From a virus (Duplodnaviria > Caudoviricetes), in the IMG/VR virus record IMGVR_UViG_3300029305_003320, positions 19,869 through 83,868 of that record: DNA of 64,000 bases; one strand, given 5' to 3'. The notes beneath the pieces are model-generated. The model saw nothing but the letters and a program-made list of their open reading frames with translations, searched no databases and was not told the origin of the DNA. Made by a program: the position numbers and the translations under genes. This document shows, piece by piece, positions 63,183 through 64,000 of this stretch; within the stretch, counting starts at the first letter, position 1, and each line of letters starts with the position of its first letter.

Positions 63183-63486
63183 TGTAATTATCTCCTTCTA
63201 ATAGGTAATAAATACATGGCAGTGTTTAGAGATTTGGGTCATATCACCACCCTCCAGTTACGGGTCGGGTGCACTTCGTTTCGGGTTGTACCCTACTCCC
63301 TTGCGGGATGACCTCCGAACACACTTCTCATAGAGAAGCTTCGCTGCTGATTGCCGCTCGGCTATCTTTTTCAAACCATCACGCTCGTCTTTGCAGACCA
63401 CGTTGTGGTAGTAGCTTCATCGCAACGTCCCAGCAATTAGAAGTGTTTTACATGCCGATTACGCGGCAAGGACGCCAAAGTAGTTA
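62591..63486 (-). mobile_element. Group I intron (IA2-like) in the DNA polymerase gene
   Basis: P1 GACGUUAA/UUGGCGUC with U-G pair; P2 UGCCG/CGGCA; P3 CACUUC/GAAGUG; P4 UGCUG/CAGCA; P7 GG(A)GUCAU-type/AUGACCC; P7.1 UCCC-GCAA-GGGA; P8; UCUCUAA/UUAGAGA long-range stem; omega-G at 62591; P10 CUUUG/CAAAG. Confidence 0.92.
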
Positions 63487-64000
63487 ACGTCAATATCGAA
63501 CACCAACTTGTGAACATACGACTCCTCATCGGATTCGATGAGGATCGATACACCAGTACCTTTAGTTCGTTCAGGATCCAGTACCTGTCCTCCTTTATTG
63601 GTGATGTACTTATCCCAAGGAGTATCAAGCCTCTGACCTACAGAACATGGTACACCTTGTAGAGGGTCAAGATAGACCATGAACGTGTTTTTAAGTTGAA
63701 TGGATTGCTTTGAGAAATCTTCAGGAAGAGATTCTCCTATAAGCATCATCATGGTTCGAATGTCATTATTCTTTAACTCCAACATCCTGAGAAGCATAAC
63801 GTCGACGATATTGTACACCGTATATTCAACCTTGTGCTCTCTCTGCATGATGTGGTGATCGGAACTCTCATTGAACTCAAGCTTACCTGTACCCAACTCT
63901 TTATTACAAATCGCATTTAGCTGATAGGAAGGTTCTCGTGCCTGCACCTTCCTTATTCGTCCATACATGCACATGGCATCGATGTATCTGGTGTAGTCAG
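63487..64000 (-). CDS. Family-B DNA polymerase subunit (phiKZ gp82-like), exon 1 (continues beyond the window)
   Basis: Frame is open to 64000; exonuclease-type IDAMCMY...SYQLNAI...YNIVD; ends LVFDID-GT. Confidence 0.85.

Noticed and set aside
63482-63486. Alternative splice junction giving DVNSEYP (5' site after AACU, 3' site after AAAG at 62586)
   Set aside because: It matches the DxxSxYP consensus better but lacks a U-G pair in P1 and P10 support, whereas the DVKAEYP junction has both; not fully excluded without RT-PCR
1-64000. Stop-codon reassignment
   Set aside because: Genes are long and densely packed in the standard code, end at TAA/TAG/TGA with sensible coupling, and no suppressor tRNA is present

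Overview
64 kb segment of a phiKZ-like (Chimalliviridae-type) jumbo phage genome in the standard genetic code. The assignment rests on the phiKZ-style DnaB-like helicase / conserved protein / ~740-aa major capsid protein block (47-52.7 kb), a split family-B DNA polymerase subunit, internal head proteins with (S/A)-x-E protease sites, and repeated TATATTAC early-promoter motifs. From left to right the window holds: a baseplate-like protein; head proteins; a cluster of eight genes whose unrelated products share the N-terminal tag M-[KR]-[VI]-[ND]-F-G; early hypothetical genes; a tail-fibre/adhesin region; helicase and MCP; macrodomain, dUTPase and ACP genes; a tRNA array; and a DNA polymerase gene interrupted by a group IA2-like intron. 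The array has 10 intact tRNAs, two tRNA genes split by HNH genes, a tRNA-like RNA and a candidate structured ncRNA. The strongest leads are: (1) the tagged cluster, a candidate capsid-loading and ejected-effector system carrying a papain-fold toxin domain, a Nudix fold, an ART-like/transglutaminase fusion and a HAD phosphatase; (2) HNH genes that replace tRNA anticodon arms, one accompanied by a replacement tRNA-Thr; (3) an intron whose 3' splice site lies inside its own endonuclease ORF; (4) a tRNA-Ser with the rare ACU anticodon; (5) an ACP with Thr in place of the phosphopantetheine Ser. All family assignments come from motif recognition by eye; no database searches were run.
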